NCBI GenBank assembly: GCA_964016885.1
Contig: OZ024740.1
Coordinates: 284,084,001 to 284,148,000 of the forward strand
Reading direction: 5' to 3'
DNA: 64,000 nucleotides
Source: Eledone cirrhosa
Lineage: Eukaryota
The notes under the pieces were generated by a model. That model did not search any database and had not been told where the DNA came from. It saw only the letters and a list, made by a program, of their open reading frames with translations. The position numbers and the translations under genes were made by a program. The number at the start of each line of letters is the position of its first letter. Within the stretch, counting starts at the first letter, position 1. Positions 13,044 to 26,580 of the stretch are shown here, piece by piece.

Positions 13044-16000
13044 TATCTGTGTGTGTGTCTGTCTATCTGTGTGTGTGTGTGTCTATCTGTGTGTGTGTCT
13101 GTCTATCTGTGTTGGTGTGTCTATCTGTGTGTGTGTCTGTGTGTGTCTGTCTATCTGTGTGTGTGTCTGTCTATCTGTGTGTGTGTCTGTCTATCTGTGT
13201 GTGTGTGTCTGTCTATCTGTGTATGTCTGTGTCTGTCTGTCTGTATGTGTGTCTGTGTCTATCTGTGTGTGTGTGTGTCTGTCTGTATGTGTGTGTGTCT
13301 GTCTGTGTGTGTGTCTGTCTATCTGTGTGTGTGTCTGTCTATCTGTGTGTGTGTGTCTGTCTATCTGTGTGTGTGTGTCTGTCTATCTGTGTGTGTGTGT
13401 CTGTCTATCTGTGTATGTGTGTCTGTCTATCTGTGTGTGTGTCTGTCTATCTGTGTGTGTGTCTGTCTATCTGTGTGTGTGTCTGTCTATCTGTGTGTGT
13501 GTCTGTCTATCTGTGTGTGTGTGTCTGTCTATCTGTGTGTGTCTGTCTATCTGTGTGTATGTGTCTGTCTATCTGTGTATGTGTGTCTGTCTATCTGTGT
13601 ATGTGTCTGTCTATCTGTGTGTGTGTGTCTGTCTATCTGTGTATGTGTGTGTGTCTATCTGTGTGTGTGTGTCTGTCTATCTGTGTGTGTGTCTGTCTAT
13701 CTGTGTGTGTGTGTCTGTCTATCTGTATGTGTGTGTCTGTCTATGTGTGTATGTGTCTGTCTATCTGTGTGTATGTGTCTGTCTATCTGTGTGTGTGTGT
13801 CTGTCTATCTGTGTGTGTGTCTGTCTATCTGTGTGTGTGTGTCTGTCTATCTGTGTATGTGTGTATCTGTCTATCTGTATGTGTGTCTGTCTATCTGTAT
13901 GTGTGTGTGTGTATATCTGTGTGTGTGTGTGTATCTGTGTGTATGTCTGTCTATCTGTGTATGTGTGTCTGTCTATCTGTGTGTGTGTCTGTCTATCTGT
14001 GTGTGTGTGTCTGTCTATCTGTGTATGTGTGTCTGTCTATCTGTGTATGTGTGTGTGTATATCTGTGTATGTGTGTCTGTCTATCTGTGTATGTGTGTCT
14101 GTCTATCTGTGTATGTGTGTCTGTCTATCTGTGTGTGTGTGTCTGTCTATCTGTGTGTGTGTGTCTGTCTATCTGTGTGTGTGTCTGTCTATCTGTGTAT
14201 GTGTGTCTGTCTATCTGTGTGTGTGTGTCTGTCTATCTGTGTGTGTGTGTCTGTCTATCTGTATGTGTGTGTCTGTCTATCTGTGTGTGTGTGTCTGTCT
14301 ATCTGTGTGTGTGTGTCTGTCTATCTGTGTGTGTCTGTCTATCTGTGTGTGTGTGTCTGTCTATCTGTGTGTGTGTGTCTGTCTATCTGTGTATGTGTGT
14401 CTGTCTATCTGTGTGTGTGTGTCTGTCTATCTGTGTATGTGTGTCTGTCTATCTGTGTATGTGTGTCTGTCTATCTGTATGTGTGTGTCTGTCTATCTGT
14501 GTGTGTGTCTGTCTATCTGCGTGTGTGTCTGTCTATCTGTGTGTGTGTCTGTCTATCTGTGTGTGTGTCTGTCTATCTGTGTGTATGTGTCTGTCTATCT
14601 GTGTATGTGTGTCTGTCTATCTGTGTGTGTGTGTCTGTCTATCTGTGTGTGTGTGTCTGTCTATCTGTGTATGTGTGTGTGTCTATCTGTGTGTGTGTGT
14701 CTGTCTATCTGTGTGTGTGTCTGTCTATCTGTGTGTGTGTGTCTGTCTATCTGTATGTGTGTGTCTGTCTATGTGTGTATGTGTCTGTCTATCTGTGTGT
14801 ATGTGTCTGTCTATCTGTGTGTGTGTGTCTGTCTATCTGTGTGTGTGTCTGTCTATCTGTGTGTGTGTGTCTGTCTATCTGTGTATGTGTGTATCTGTCT
14901 ATCTGTATGTGTGTCTGTCTATCTGTATGTGTGGGTGTGTATATCTGTGTGTGTGTGTGTATCTGTGTGTATGTCTGTCTATCTGTGTATGTGTGTCTGT
15001 CTATCTGTGTGTGTGTCTGTCTATCTGTGTGTGTGTGTCTGTCTATCTGTGTATGTGTGTCTGTCTATCTGTGTATGTGTGTGTGTATATCTGTGTATGT
15101 GTGTCTGTCTATCTGTGTATGTGTGTCTGTCTATCTGTGTATGTGTGTCTGTCTATCTGTGTATGTGTGTCTGTCTATCTGTGTATGTGTGTCTGTCTAT
15201 CTGTGTGTGTGTGTCTGTCTATCTGTGTATGTGTGTCTGTCTATCTGTGTGTGTGTGTCTGTCTATCTGTGTGTGTGTGTCTGTCTATCTGTGTGTGTGT
15301 GTCTGTCTATCTGTATGTGTGTGTCTGTCTATCTGTGTGTGTGTGTCTGTCTATCTGTGTGTGTGTGTCTGTCTATCTGTGTGTGTGTGTCTGTCTATCT
15401 GTGTGTGTGTGTCTGTCTATCTGTGTATGTGTGTCTGTCTATCTGTGTGTGTGTGTCTGTCTATCTGTGTATGCGTGTCTGTCTATCTGTGTATGTGTGT
15501 CTGTCTATCTGTATGTGTGTGTCTGTCTATCTGTGTGTGTGTCTGTCTATCTGCGTGTGTGTCTGTCTATCTGTGTGTGTGTCTGTCTATCTGTGTGTGT
15601 GTCTGTCTATCTGTGTGTGTGTCTGTCTATCTGTGTATGTGTGTCTGTCTATCTGTGTGTGTGTGTCTGTCTATCTGTGTGTGTGTGTCTGTCTATCTGT
15701 GTGTGTGTGTCTGTCTATCTGTGTGTGTGTGTCTGTCTATCTGTGTGTGTGTGTCTGTCTATCTGTGTATGTGTGTCTGTCTATCTGTGTATGTGTGTCT
15801 GTCTATCTGTGTATGTGTGTGTGTATATCTGTATGTGTGTCTGTCTATCTGTATGTGTGTGTGTCTATCTGTGTATGTGTGTCTGTCTATCTGTGTGTGT
15901 GTCTGTCTATCTGTGTATGTGTGTGTGTCTATCTGTGTATGTGTGTGTGTCTATCTGTGTATGTGTGTCTGTCTATATGTGTATGTGTGTCTGTCTATCT

Positions 16001-19000
16001 GTGTGTGTGTCTGTCTATCTGTGTATGTGTGTCTGTCTATCTGTGTGTGTGTCTATCTGTGTGTGTGTCTGTCTATCTGTGTGTGTGTCTGTCTATCTGT
16101 GTGTGTGTCTGTTTATCTGTGTGTGTATCTGTCTATCTGTGTGTGTATCTGTCTATCTGTGTGTGTGTCTGTCTATCTGTGTGTGTGTCTGTCTATTTGT
16201 GTGTGTGTGTCTGTCTATCTGTGTGTGTGTCTGTCTATCTGTGTGTATGTCTGTCTATCTGTGTGTGTGTGTCTATCTGTGTGTGTGTGTCTGTCTATCT
16301 GTGTATGTGTGTCTGTCTGTCTGTATGTGTGTCTGTGTCTATCTGTGTGTGTGTGTGTCTGTCTGTATGTGTGTCTGTCTATCTGTGTGTGTGTCTGTCT
16401 ATCTGTGTGTGTGTGTCTGTCTATCTGTATGTGTGTGTCTGTCTATCTGTGTGTATGTGTCTGTCTATCTGTGTGTGTGTGTCTGTCTATCTGTGTATGT
16501 GTGTGTGTCTGTGTATGTGGGTCTGTCTATCTGTGTATGTGTGTCTGTCTATCTGTGTATGTGTGTCTGTCTATGTGTGTGTGTGTCTGTCTATCTGTAT
16601 GTGTGTATGTCTATCTGTGTGTGTGTGTCTGTCTATCTGTGTGTGTGTGTCTGTCTATCTGTGTATGTGTGTCTGTCTATCTGTGTGTGTGTGTCTGTCT
16701 ATCTGTGTATGTGTGTATCTGTCTATCTGTATGTGTGTCTGTCTATCTGTATGTGTGTGTGTGTGTATCTGTGTGTATGTCTGTCTATCTGTGTATGTGT
16801 GTCTGTCTATCTGTGTGTGTGTCTGTCTATCTGTGTGTGTGTGTCTGTCTATCTGTGTATGTGTGTCTGTCTATCTGTGTATGTGTGTCTGTCTATCTGT
16901 ATGTGTGTGTCTGTCTATCTGTGTGTGTGTCTGTCTATCTGCGTGTGTGTCTGTCTATCTGTGTGTGTGTCTGTCTATCTGTGTGTGTGTCTGTCTATCT
17001 GTGTATGTGTGTCTGTCTATCTGTGTGTGTGTGTCTGTCTATCTGTGTGTGTGTGTCTGTCTATCTGTGTGTGTGTGTCTGTCTATCTGTGTGTGTGTGT
17101 CTGTCTATCTGTGTGTGTGTGTCTGTCTATCTGTGTATGTGTGTCTGTCTATCTGTGTATGTGTGTCTGTCTATCTGTGTATGTGTGTGTGTATATCTGT
17201 ATGTGTGTCTGTCTATCTGTATGTGTGTGTGTCTATCTGTGTATGTGTGTCTGTCTATCTGTGTGTGTGTCTGTCTATCTGTGTATGTGTGTGTGTCTAT
17301 CTGTGTATGTGTGTGTGTCTATCTGTGTATGTGTGTCTGTCTATATGTGTATGTGTGTCTGTCTATCTGTGTGTGTGTCTGTCTATCTGTGTATGTGTGT
17401 CTGTCTATCTGTGTGTGTGTCTATCTGTGTGTGTGTCTGTCTATCTGTGTGTGTGTCTGTCTATCTGTGTGTGTGTCTGTTTATCTGTGTGTGTATCTGT
17501 CTATCTGTGTGTGTATCTGTCTATCTGTGTGTGTGTCTGTCTATCTGTGTGTGTGTCTGTCTATCTGTGTGTGTGTGTCTGTCTATCTGTGTGTGTGTCT
17601 GTCTATCTGTGTGTATGTCTGTCTATCTGTGTGTGTGTGTCTATCTGTGTGTGTGTGTCTGTCTATCTGTGTATGTGTGTCTGTCTGTCTGTATGTGTGT
17701 CTGTGTCTATCTGTGTGTGTGTGTGTCTGTCTGTATGTGTGTCTGTCTATCTGTGTGTGTGTCTGTCTATCTGTGTGTGTGTGTCTGTCTATCTGTATGT
17801 GTGTGTCTGTCTATCTGTGTGTATGTGTCTGTCTATCTGTGTGTGTGTGTCTGTCTATCTGTGTATGTGTGTGTGTCTGTGTATGTGGGTCTGTCTATCT
17901 GTGTATGTGTGTCTGTCTATCTGTGTATGTGTGTCTGTCTATGTGTGTGTGTGTCTGTCTATCTGTATGTGTGTATGTCTATCTGTGTCTGTCTATCTGT
18001 GTGTGTGTGTCTGTCTATCTGTGTATGTGTGTCTGTCTATCTGTGTGTGTGTGTCTGTCTATCTGTGTATGTGTGTATCTGTCTATCTGTATGTGTGTCT
18101 GTCTATCTGTATGTGTGTGTGTGTGTATCTGTGTGTATGTCTGTCTATCTGTGTATGTGTGTCTGTCTATCTGTGTGTGTGTCTGTCTATCTGTGTGTGT
18201 GTCTGTCTATCTGTGTGTGTGTGTCTGTCTATCTGTGTATGTGTGTGTGTATATCTGTGTATGTGTGTCTGTCTATCTGTGTATGTGTGTCTGTCTATCT
18301 GTGTGTGTGTGTCTGTCTATCTGTGTATGTGTGTCTGTCTATCTGTGTGTGTGTGTCTGTCTATCTGTGTGTGTGTGTCTGTCTATCTGTGTGTGTGTGT
18401 CTGTCTATCTGTATGTGTGTGTCTGTCTATCTGTGTGTGTGTGTGTCTGTCTATCTGTGTGTGTGTGTCTGTCTATCTGTGTGTGTGTGTCTGTCTATCT
18501 GTGTGTGTGTGTCTGTCTATCTGTGTATGTGTGTCTGTCTATCTGTGTGTGTGTGTCTGTCTATCTGTGTATGTGTGTCTGTCTATCTGTGTATGTGTGT
18601 CTGTCTATCTGTATGTGTGTGTCTGTCTATCTGTGTGTGTGTCTGTCTATCTGCGTGTGTGTCTGTCTATCTGTGTGTGTGTCTGTCTATCTGTGTGTGT
18701 GTGTCTGTCTATCTGTGCGTGTGTGTCTGTCTATCTGTGTGTGTGTGTCTGTCTATCTGTGTATGTGTGTCTGTCTATCTGTGTGTGTGTGTCTGTCTAT
18801 CTGTGTATGTGTGTCTGTCTATCTGTGTATGTGTGTCTGTCTATCTGTATGTGTGTGTCTGTCTATCTGTGTGTGTGTCTGTCTATCTGTGTATGTGTGT
18901 CTGTCTATCTGTGTGTGTGTGTCTGTCTATCTGTGTATGTGTGTCTGTCTATCTGTGTATGTGTGTGTGTCTATCTGTGTATGTGTGTCTGTCTATCTGT

Positions 19001-22000
19001 GTATGTGTGTCTGTCTATCTGTGTATGTGTGTGTGTATATCTGTATGTGTGTCTGTCTATCTGTGTATGTGTGTCTGTCTATCTGTGTGTGTGTCTGCCT
19101 ATCTGTGTATGTGTGTGTGTCTGCCTGTGTATGTGTGTCTGTCTATCTGTGTATGTGTGTCTGTCTATCTGTGTGTGTGTCTGTCTATCTGTGTATGTGT
19201 GTCTGTCTATCTGTGTGTGTGTCTATCTGTGTGTGTGTGTGTCTGTCTATCTGTGTGTGTGTCTGTCTATCTGTGTGTGTATCTGTCTATCTGTGTGTGT
19301 GTCTGTCTATCTGTGTGTGTGTGTCTGTCTATCTGTGTGTGTGTGTCTGTCTATGTGTGTGTGTGTGTATATCTGTGTGTGTGTCTGTCTATCTGTGTGT
19401 GTGTCTGTCTATCTGTGTGTGTGTCTGTCTATCTGTGTGTGTGACTGTCTATCTGTGTGTGTGTGTATATCTGTGTGTGTGTCTGTCTATCTGTGTGTGT
19501 GTCTGTCTATCTGTGTGTGTGTCTGTCTATCTGTGTGTGTGTCTGTCTATCTGTGTGTGTGTCTGTCTATCTGTGTGTGTGTGTCTGTCTATCTGTGTGT
19601 GTGTCTGTCTATCTGTGTGTGTGTGTCTGTCTATCTGTGTGTGTGTGTCTGTCTATCTGTGTGTGTGTGTCTGTCTATCTGTGTGTGTGTGTCTGTCTAT
19701 CTGTGTGTGTGTGTCTGTCTATCTGTGTGTGTGTCTGTCTATCTGTGTGTGTGTGTCTGTCTATCTGTGTGTGTGTGTCTGTCTATCTGTGTGTGTGTGT
19801 CTGTCTATCTGTGTGTGTGTGTCTGTCTATCTGTGTGTGTGTCTGTCTATCTGTGTGTGTGTCTGTCTATCTGTGTGTGTGTCTGTCTATCTCTGTGTGT
19901 GTCTGTCTATCTGTATGTATGTCTGTCTACCTGTGTGTGTCTGTCTATCTGTGTGTGTGTGTCTATCTGTGTATGTGTGTCTATCTGTGTGTGTGTGTCT
20001 GTCTATCTCTGTGTGTGTCTGTCTATCTGTGTGTGTGTCTGTCTATGTGTGTGTGTGTCTGTCTATCTGTGTGTGTGTATCTGTCTATCTGTGTGTGTGT
20101 GTCTGTCTATCTGTGTATGTGTGTCTGTCTATCTGTGTGTGTCTATCTATCTGTGTGTGTGTGTCTGTCTATATGTGTATGTGTGTCTGTCTATCTGTAT
20201 GTGTGTCTGTCTATCTGTGTGTGTCTGTCTATCTGTGTGTGTGTCTGTCTATCTGTGTGTGTGTGTCTGTCTATCTGTGTATGTGTGTCTGTCTATCTGT
20301 GTGTGTGTGTATATCTCTGTGTGTGTGTGTATCTGTGTGTATGTCTGTCTATCTGTGTATGTGTGTCTGTCTATCTGTGTGTGTGTGTATATCTGTGTGT
20401 GTGTGTATCTGTGTGTATGTCTGTCTATCTGTGTATGTGTGTCTGTCTATCTGTGTGTGTGTGTGTATATCTGTGTGTGTGTGTATATCTCTGTGTGTGT
20501 GTGTATCTGTGTGTATGTCTGTCTATCTGTGTATGTGTGTCTGTCTATCTGTGTGTGTCTGTCTATCTGTGTGTGTGTGTATATCTGTGTGTGTGTGTAT
20601 GTCTGTCTATCTGTGTATGTGTGTCTGTCTATCTGTGTGTGTGTCTGTCTATCTGTGTATGTGTGTATGTCTATCTGTGTATGTGTGTCTGTCTATCTGT
20701 GTATGTGTGTCTGTCTATCTGTGTGTGTGTCTGTCTATCTGTGTGTGTGTCTGTCTATCTGTGTATGTGTGTCTGTCTATCTGTGTGTGTGTCTGTCTAT
20801 CTGTGTATGTGTGTCTGTCTATCTGTGTATGTGTGTCTGTCTATCTGTGTGTGTGTCTGTCTATCTGTGTGTGTGTCTGTCTATCTGTGTGTGTGTCTGT
20901 CTATCTGTGTATGTGTGCCTGTCTATCTGTGTGTCTGTCTATCTGTATGTGTGTGTGTCTATCTGTGTGTGTGTCTGTCTATCTGTGTGTGTGTGTCTAT
21001 CTGTGTATGTGTGTCTGTCTATCTGTGTGTGTGTGTATATCTGTGTGTGTGTCTGTCTATCTGTGTATGTGTGTCTGTCTATCTGTGTGTGTGTGTATAT
21101 CTGTGTGTGTGTCTGTCTCTGTGTGTGTGTGTCTGTCTATCTGTGTATGTGTCTCTGTCTATCTGTGTGTGTGTCTATCTATCTGTGTGTGTGTGTCTGT
21201 CTATCTGTGTGTGTGTGTGTCTGTCTATCTGTGTGTGTGTGTATATCTGTGTGTGTCTGTCTATCTGTGTGTGTGTCTGTCTATCTGTGTGTGTGTGTCT
21301 GTCTATCTGTATGTGTGTGTCTGTCTATCTGTGTGTGTGTGTCTATCTGTGTGTGTGTGTCTATCTGTGTGTGTGTGTATATCTGTGTGTATGTCTGTCT
21401 ATCTGTGTGTGTGTGTGTCTGTCTATCTGTGTGTGTGTGTCTATCTGTGTGTGTGTGTCTGTCTATCTGTGTATGTGTGTCTGTCTATCTGTGTGTGTGT
21501 CTGTCTATCTGTGTGTGTGTGTGTGTCTATCTGTGTGTGTGTGTGTGTCTGTCTATCTGTGTGTGTGTGTCTGTCTATCTGTGTGTGTGTCTGTCTATCT
21601 GTGTGTATGTCTGTCTATCTGTGTGTGTGTGTCTATCTGTGTATGTGTGTCTGTCTATCTGTGTATGTGTGTCTGTCTATCTGTGTGTGTGTCTGTCTAT
21701 CTGTGTGTATGTCTGTCTATCTGTGTATGTGTGTCTGTCTATATGTGTGTGTGTCTGTCTATCTGTGTGTGTGTCTGTCTATCTGTGTATGTGTGTCTGT
21801 CTATCTGTGTATGTGTGTCTGTCTATCTGTGTGTGTGTCTGTCTATCTGTGTGTGTGTCTGTCTATCTGTGTATGTGTGTCTGTCTATCTGTGTATGTGT
21901 GTCTGTCTATCTGTGTATGTGTGTCTGTCTATCTGTGTAGTGTGTCTGTCTATCTGTGTGTGTGTGTGTGTCTATCTGTGTGTGTGTGTCTGTCTATCTG

Positions 22001-22866
22001 TGTGTGTGTGTCTGTCTATCTGTGTGTGTGTCTGTCTATCTGTGTGTGTGTCTGTCTATCTGTGTATGTGTGTCTGTCTATCTGTGTATGTGTGTCTGTC
22101 TATCTGTGTGTGTGTCTGTCTATCTGTGTGTGTGTCTGTCTATCTGTGTATGTGTGTCTGTCTATCTGTGTGTGTGTCTGTCTATCTGTGTGTGTGTCTG
22201 TCTATCTGTGTGTGTGTGTCTGTCTATCTGTGTGTGTGTGTCTGTCTATCTGTGTGTATGTGTGTCTATCTGTGTGTGTGTGTCTGTCTATCTGTGTGCG
22301 TGTCTGTCTATCTGTGTGTGTGTCTGTCTATCTGTGTGTGTCTGTCTATCTGTGTGTATGTCTGTCTATCTGTGTGTGTGTGTCTGTCTATCTGTGTGTG
22401 TGTGTATATCTGTGTGTGTGTGTATATCTGTGTGTGTGTGTATATCTGTGTGTGTGTGTATATCTGTGTGTGTGTCTGTCTATCTGTGTGTGTCTGTCTA
22501 CCTGTGTGTGTGTGTCTACCTGTGTGTGTGTGTGTCTATCTGTGTGTGTGTGTCTGTCTATCTGTGTGTGTGTGTATATCTGTGTGTGTGTCTGTCTATC
22601 TGTGTATGTGTGTCTGTCTATCTGTCTATCTGTGTATGTGTGTCTGTCTATCTGTGTGTGTGTGTCTGTCTATCTGTGTGTGTGTGTCTGTCTATCTGTG
22701 TGTGTGTGTATATCTGTGTGTGTGTCTGTCTATCTGTGTGTGTCTGTCTACCTGTGTGTGTGTCTACCTGTGTGTGTGTCTACCTGTGTGTGTGTCTACC
22801 TGTGTCTGTCTATCTGTGTGTGTCTGTCTACCTGTGTGTGTGTGTCTACCTGTGTCTGTCTATCTG
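12983..22866 (+). repeat. ~9.9-kb compound micro/minisatellite, (TG)n-TCTGTCTATC units of ~20-22 bp
   Basis: Read directly; source of the 3000-aa C/V/L/S ORFs. Confidence 0.97.
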
Positions 22867-23294
22867 GAAAAATTAGAGTGAAAATTAAAAAAACCACTGA
22901 CACTTTACATTTGTTTTAAATTTAATTTTGGTTTGAGTTAAAAATTCAGTTTCAGGTCCTGAAATTAGAAGAGTTTAATTCCCCATAACTCACCACTATG
23001 AAGACTACCATCAATTATTTTCATTTCATAATACAACTTAGACTCTATTAATTTGCCTTTCAACCTTACAGGGTCGATAAAATAAAGTACCAGTAATACA
23101 CTGAGTAATTGCTGGCCTTGTGCCAAAAGTAGAAACAATTAATTTGAAATTTCCAAAATTAAAAAGAAGTTATAAATCCCCTTTACTATAGCAACAATTG
23201 TTTGTTAAGAAGATAAAGATTATTTTCAAATCTCACAAGCGTTGATTCTCTGAATGGGTATAGATAAAAATATAGAAATTTCAAATGTATTTAC

Positions 23295-23400
23295 CACAAC
23301 TGTCACGTATCACAAGATCTCTTCCTTCTTGAAGTAGCACAACAAGTTGAAAGAATGGATGCTGCAAAAGGCTGCTTGGATGTTGTCGAGATGAACCTTC
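23295..23400 (-). CDS. MCTP: MCTP exon: start of C2A domain (EGSSRQHPSSLLQHPFFQLVVLLQEGRDLVIRDSC-G)
   Basis: Acceptor tttgcttctccag|, donor G|gtaaat; 106 nt, phase 0 to 1. Matches C2 beta1 plus the G-x-x-L-x-x-R-D motif, and splices in frame to GTSDPYVKF. Confidence 0.9.
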
Positions 23401-24445
23401 CTGGAGAAGCAAATAAAATAAATCTGATTATAATAATGGCTTCTCATATTGGCATGGAGCCTAGAGAACAAAAACAGCAAAATTCTGATAATAATTCATT
23501 TCCCAATAGCGTTAATGATGTATGGAAGTGAAATACTTTAAATAAGAGAGTTGAAACTAGGAGGTGGATTTAATCCCCAAAATAATAATTTCTTTGCCCA
23601 GAAACATCATTTTAGTTTAGTTAAGATGTGTTATCTCTTTTTTTTGGGGGGGGGGGGGGGCACCACAGGTTCTGTAATTATGCAGGTTTGGCTAATTTAT
23701 ATATAAACAAGAGTGGTCAATTTTATAACAAGTTGTTTCCTTGTCCCAAGTCAGTTCTAATTGAGTAGACTATTCTAGCCATGTTTTGGCCTATCCAACT
23801 CATCCATTTTTGAATTGGTAGAGTGCAATTTGAAGGCAATTCTGCTGCTATTTCTAGAAGGTCAAACAACCTATTGGATTAGTCACTTATGGTATGGTAT
23901 GGTCCCATAATACTTGCTAGAGTCGTAGGGGCGCCGTATTGACACAGAGCGTTTCTTGGGTCTTTAAGCTTGGCACAGCCCATCCATCTCCAGGCCTGAG
24001 TACAGCAGATTTCTTCCAGAGAAAGATAGAAAGTGAGAGAATGAAAATGAGAAAAAGATATGGAGGAAGAATTGAGCAGGTACATTTTTTTATCAACCTT
24101 GAAAAGATGAAAGGCAAAGTTGACCTTGGTGGCATTTGAACTCAGAAAGCAAAGAGCCAGAACGAATACCACAAAGCATTCTATCTGACGTTCTAACAAC
24201 TCTGCCAATTCACCACCTAAAGTCATTCAAAGACACAATTAATGTTTCTTCAAAGGATTAGCCATCTAACAGTGAAACAAAAACTAACATCTATTTTCAG
24301 CTAAAAGAGAAGTGTAAACTGCAATAAACACAATTATATATGATATCTTCAGTATAGTCAATAATATTACTGAAAAGAAAATACCTGAGGGGGATGTTTT
24401 CCATACTAAAAACACATACTGTAGCGTTTCTCATATATTATAGAG

Positions 24446-25161
24446 CAGAGGTTCTCAAAGTGGGCGCTACCACACCCTGAGGAGCATTGAGAAGATCCAC
24501 GGGGACGCTGGAGCCTAAGGGGGAAGGGGGGGGGGGGGCGTGGAAATGATATAATAGTATATTATGGTGGATTGGCAGTATCGGCAGAGGGTCGGACGCC
24601 ATGCTTTGATGCATAGAGTTATGGCCCTTGCCATTCTGAGTTCAAATCCCGCCGAGGTTAACTTTGTTTTCATCCTTACGGGGTCGATAAAATAAAGTAC
24701 CAGTAATTCACTGGATAATTGCTGGCCTTGTGCCAAAAGTAGAAACAATTATATATATCAAATGATGCATATATATAAATATAGTAAAATAAAAAATATA
24801 TATAATAGTTATTTATACATAGTATATATTATATTATTTATTGGATTGGCAGTATCGGTAGAGGGTCGGACGCCATGCTTTGACGCATAGAGTTACGGCC
24901 CTTATCATTCTGAGTTCAAATCCCGCCGAGGTTAACTTTGCCTTTCATCCTTACGGGGTCGATAAAAAAAAGTACCAGTTATGTACTGGGTAATTGCTGG
25001 CCTTGTGCCAAAAGTAGAAACAATTATTTATTATATATCAATTAATGATTTTATTTATTATATATTATATACAATTTGTGTGTAGACAGGTCTCTCTGGA
25101 AATAGGATTGGGGACACTGGCTATGAGGAGGGCAGTGGCCCCAAAAATTTGAGAACTTCTG
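24446..25161. mobile_element. hAT (Charlie-like) MITE with two nested SINEs
   Basis: TIR cagaggttctcaaa / tttgagaacttctg; 8-bp TSD ttatagag/ctatagag. Confidence 0.8.
24565..25027 (+). mobile_element. Two SINE family A copies (24565-24750, 24842-25027)
   Basis: Same consensus, nested in a hAT MITE. Confidence 0.9.
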
Positions 25162-25909
25162 CTATAGAGTGAGTTGAAAATGTTCAAATAAAAGACATTA
25201 TTCCTGCTGTCAGTAGAAAACTAACACCCTCTAGGTGTATCTAAAATCTAATAACAAGACATCATATATTGACATATAACCTTTTGTAAGCCAAGAATTA
25301 CTGAAGGTTATTTCACTGCAATCAGAATGAATGACAAAATAGTAAATTAGTTGACAGTAAATTTAATATAATAATGTCATAAATTAGAAATCGCTAATTT
25401 ATAATCAAAATATAAATAAAACAACTTATATATCTGATAACTATAAATTCTTAAAACTCAAAGATGAAATAGATGAGATTAAATTAAGACAGTAATGTCT
25501 AAAAGTCAAGTGTATTGCTGTATCAATAAAAAGGTTTTCAAATTTCTCTAACCTTTAATACAATATATAACACTATATATAAAAACTGACACTTTTTATA
25601 TACACCGCATGACATTTCGACTCCCCCTAAAGATCACTACTTTCATTGACTATATCGTAATCATTGATATTTAATATGAAGAATAATTTATTTCAAACGA
25701 CTGATAATATAAATCTAAATGTCAAAAATATAAAAGAACACTGATCCACCAGATTGCAAGTGCTTTTCTTATATATTATTACACCAGAATGATCTTCTTT
25801 TTTTGTTTACATTGATGTTTTTTCATAAAACAATTTAAACTCTTGACCCATGATACTTACCAACAACATACTTAGATATTTATATATTAAAGTAATTTTT
25901 ATTCATTTG

Positions 25910-26335
25910 TATTTGTTTTGTAAGATTATTGATGTGAAATAGTGTGTTGAAACAGATATTGTTATACTTTTGGAGGGGCATACTACCAATAAGACATATG
26001 CACCAGTTGAGTTTTACTTTGGAGTTATTATCAGTTTAGTAACCGAATAGCTATTTAATTGTTGAAGCACTTTTGTCACACATTCTGTGACCTTCTCAAT
26101 GATTATTTTGGCCCTCTGTGTCTCCTCTTCATTTTGATTTTGTTATAGCTACTCCATTGAGAAGATCACAGAATGTGTGATGAAAGAACTTTGACAATTA
26201 AAAAACCATCCAGTTACTAAACTAACCAAAGAATGGATTAGTTACCCGACTAATAATAAAGCCGAAATGAAACTCAACTAGTGCATGTTTTTATTGGTAG
26301 CATGCCCATCCTTAATTATAACAATATTATTTTTT
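25910..26335. mobile_element. Degenerate inverted pair of Penelope-like terminal repeats
   Basis: Arms ~25955-26100 and ~26154-26330 are imperfect reverse complements (gtcacacattctgtgaccttctcaatg / cattgagaagatcacagaatgtgtgat); similar to 62296-62548. Confidence 0.6.
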
Positions 26336-26362
26336 TCTTTTTTATTATTATGCATATAAGAA

Positions 26363-26580
26363 GGGCGGTGGATTGACAGTATCAGTAGAGGGTCGGACGC
26401 AATGCTTTGTAGCATAGAGTTACGTCCCTTTGGGGTCTGAGTTCAAATCCTGCCAAGGTTAACTTTGCTTTCATCCTTACGGGGGTCGATAAAATAAAGT
26501 ACCAGTCATGCACTGGGGTCGATTTAATCGACTTTCCCCTCCCCAAAATTGCTGGCCTTGTGCCTATATAAGAAATTCTT
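26363..26580 (+). mobile_element. SINE family A (long variant), with 17-bp TSD
   Basis: TSD ttattatgcatataaga; carries an extra gtcgatttaatcgacttt segment. Confidence 0.9.

Noticed and set aside
12981-22919. Giant 2000-3300-aa Cys/Val-rich ORFs
   Set aside because: Open in all three + frames because the TG/TCTA repeat lacks stop codons; intronic and antisense to MCTP.
25590-25640. Possible further hammerhead (minus-strand CGAAAUGUC)
   Set aside because: No CUGANGA or stem I partner found upstream.
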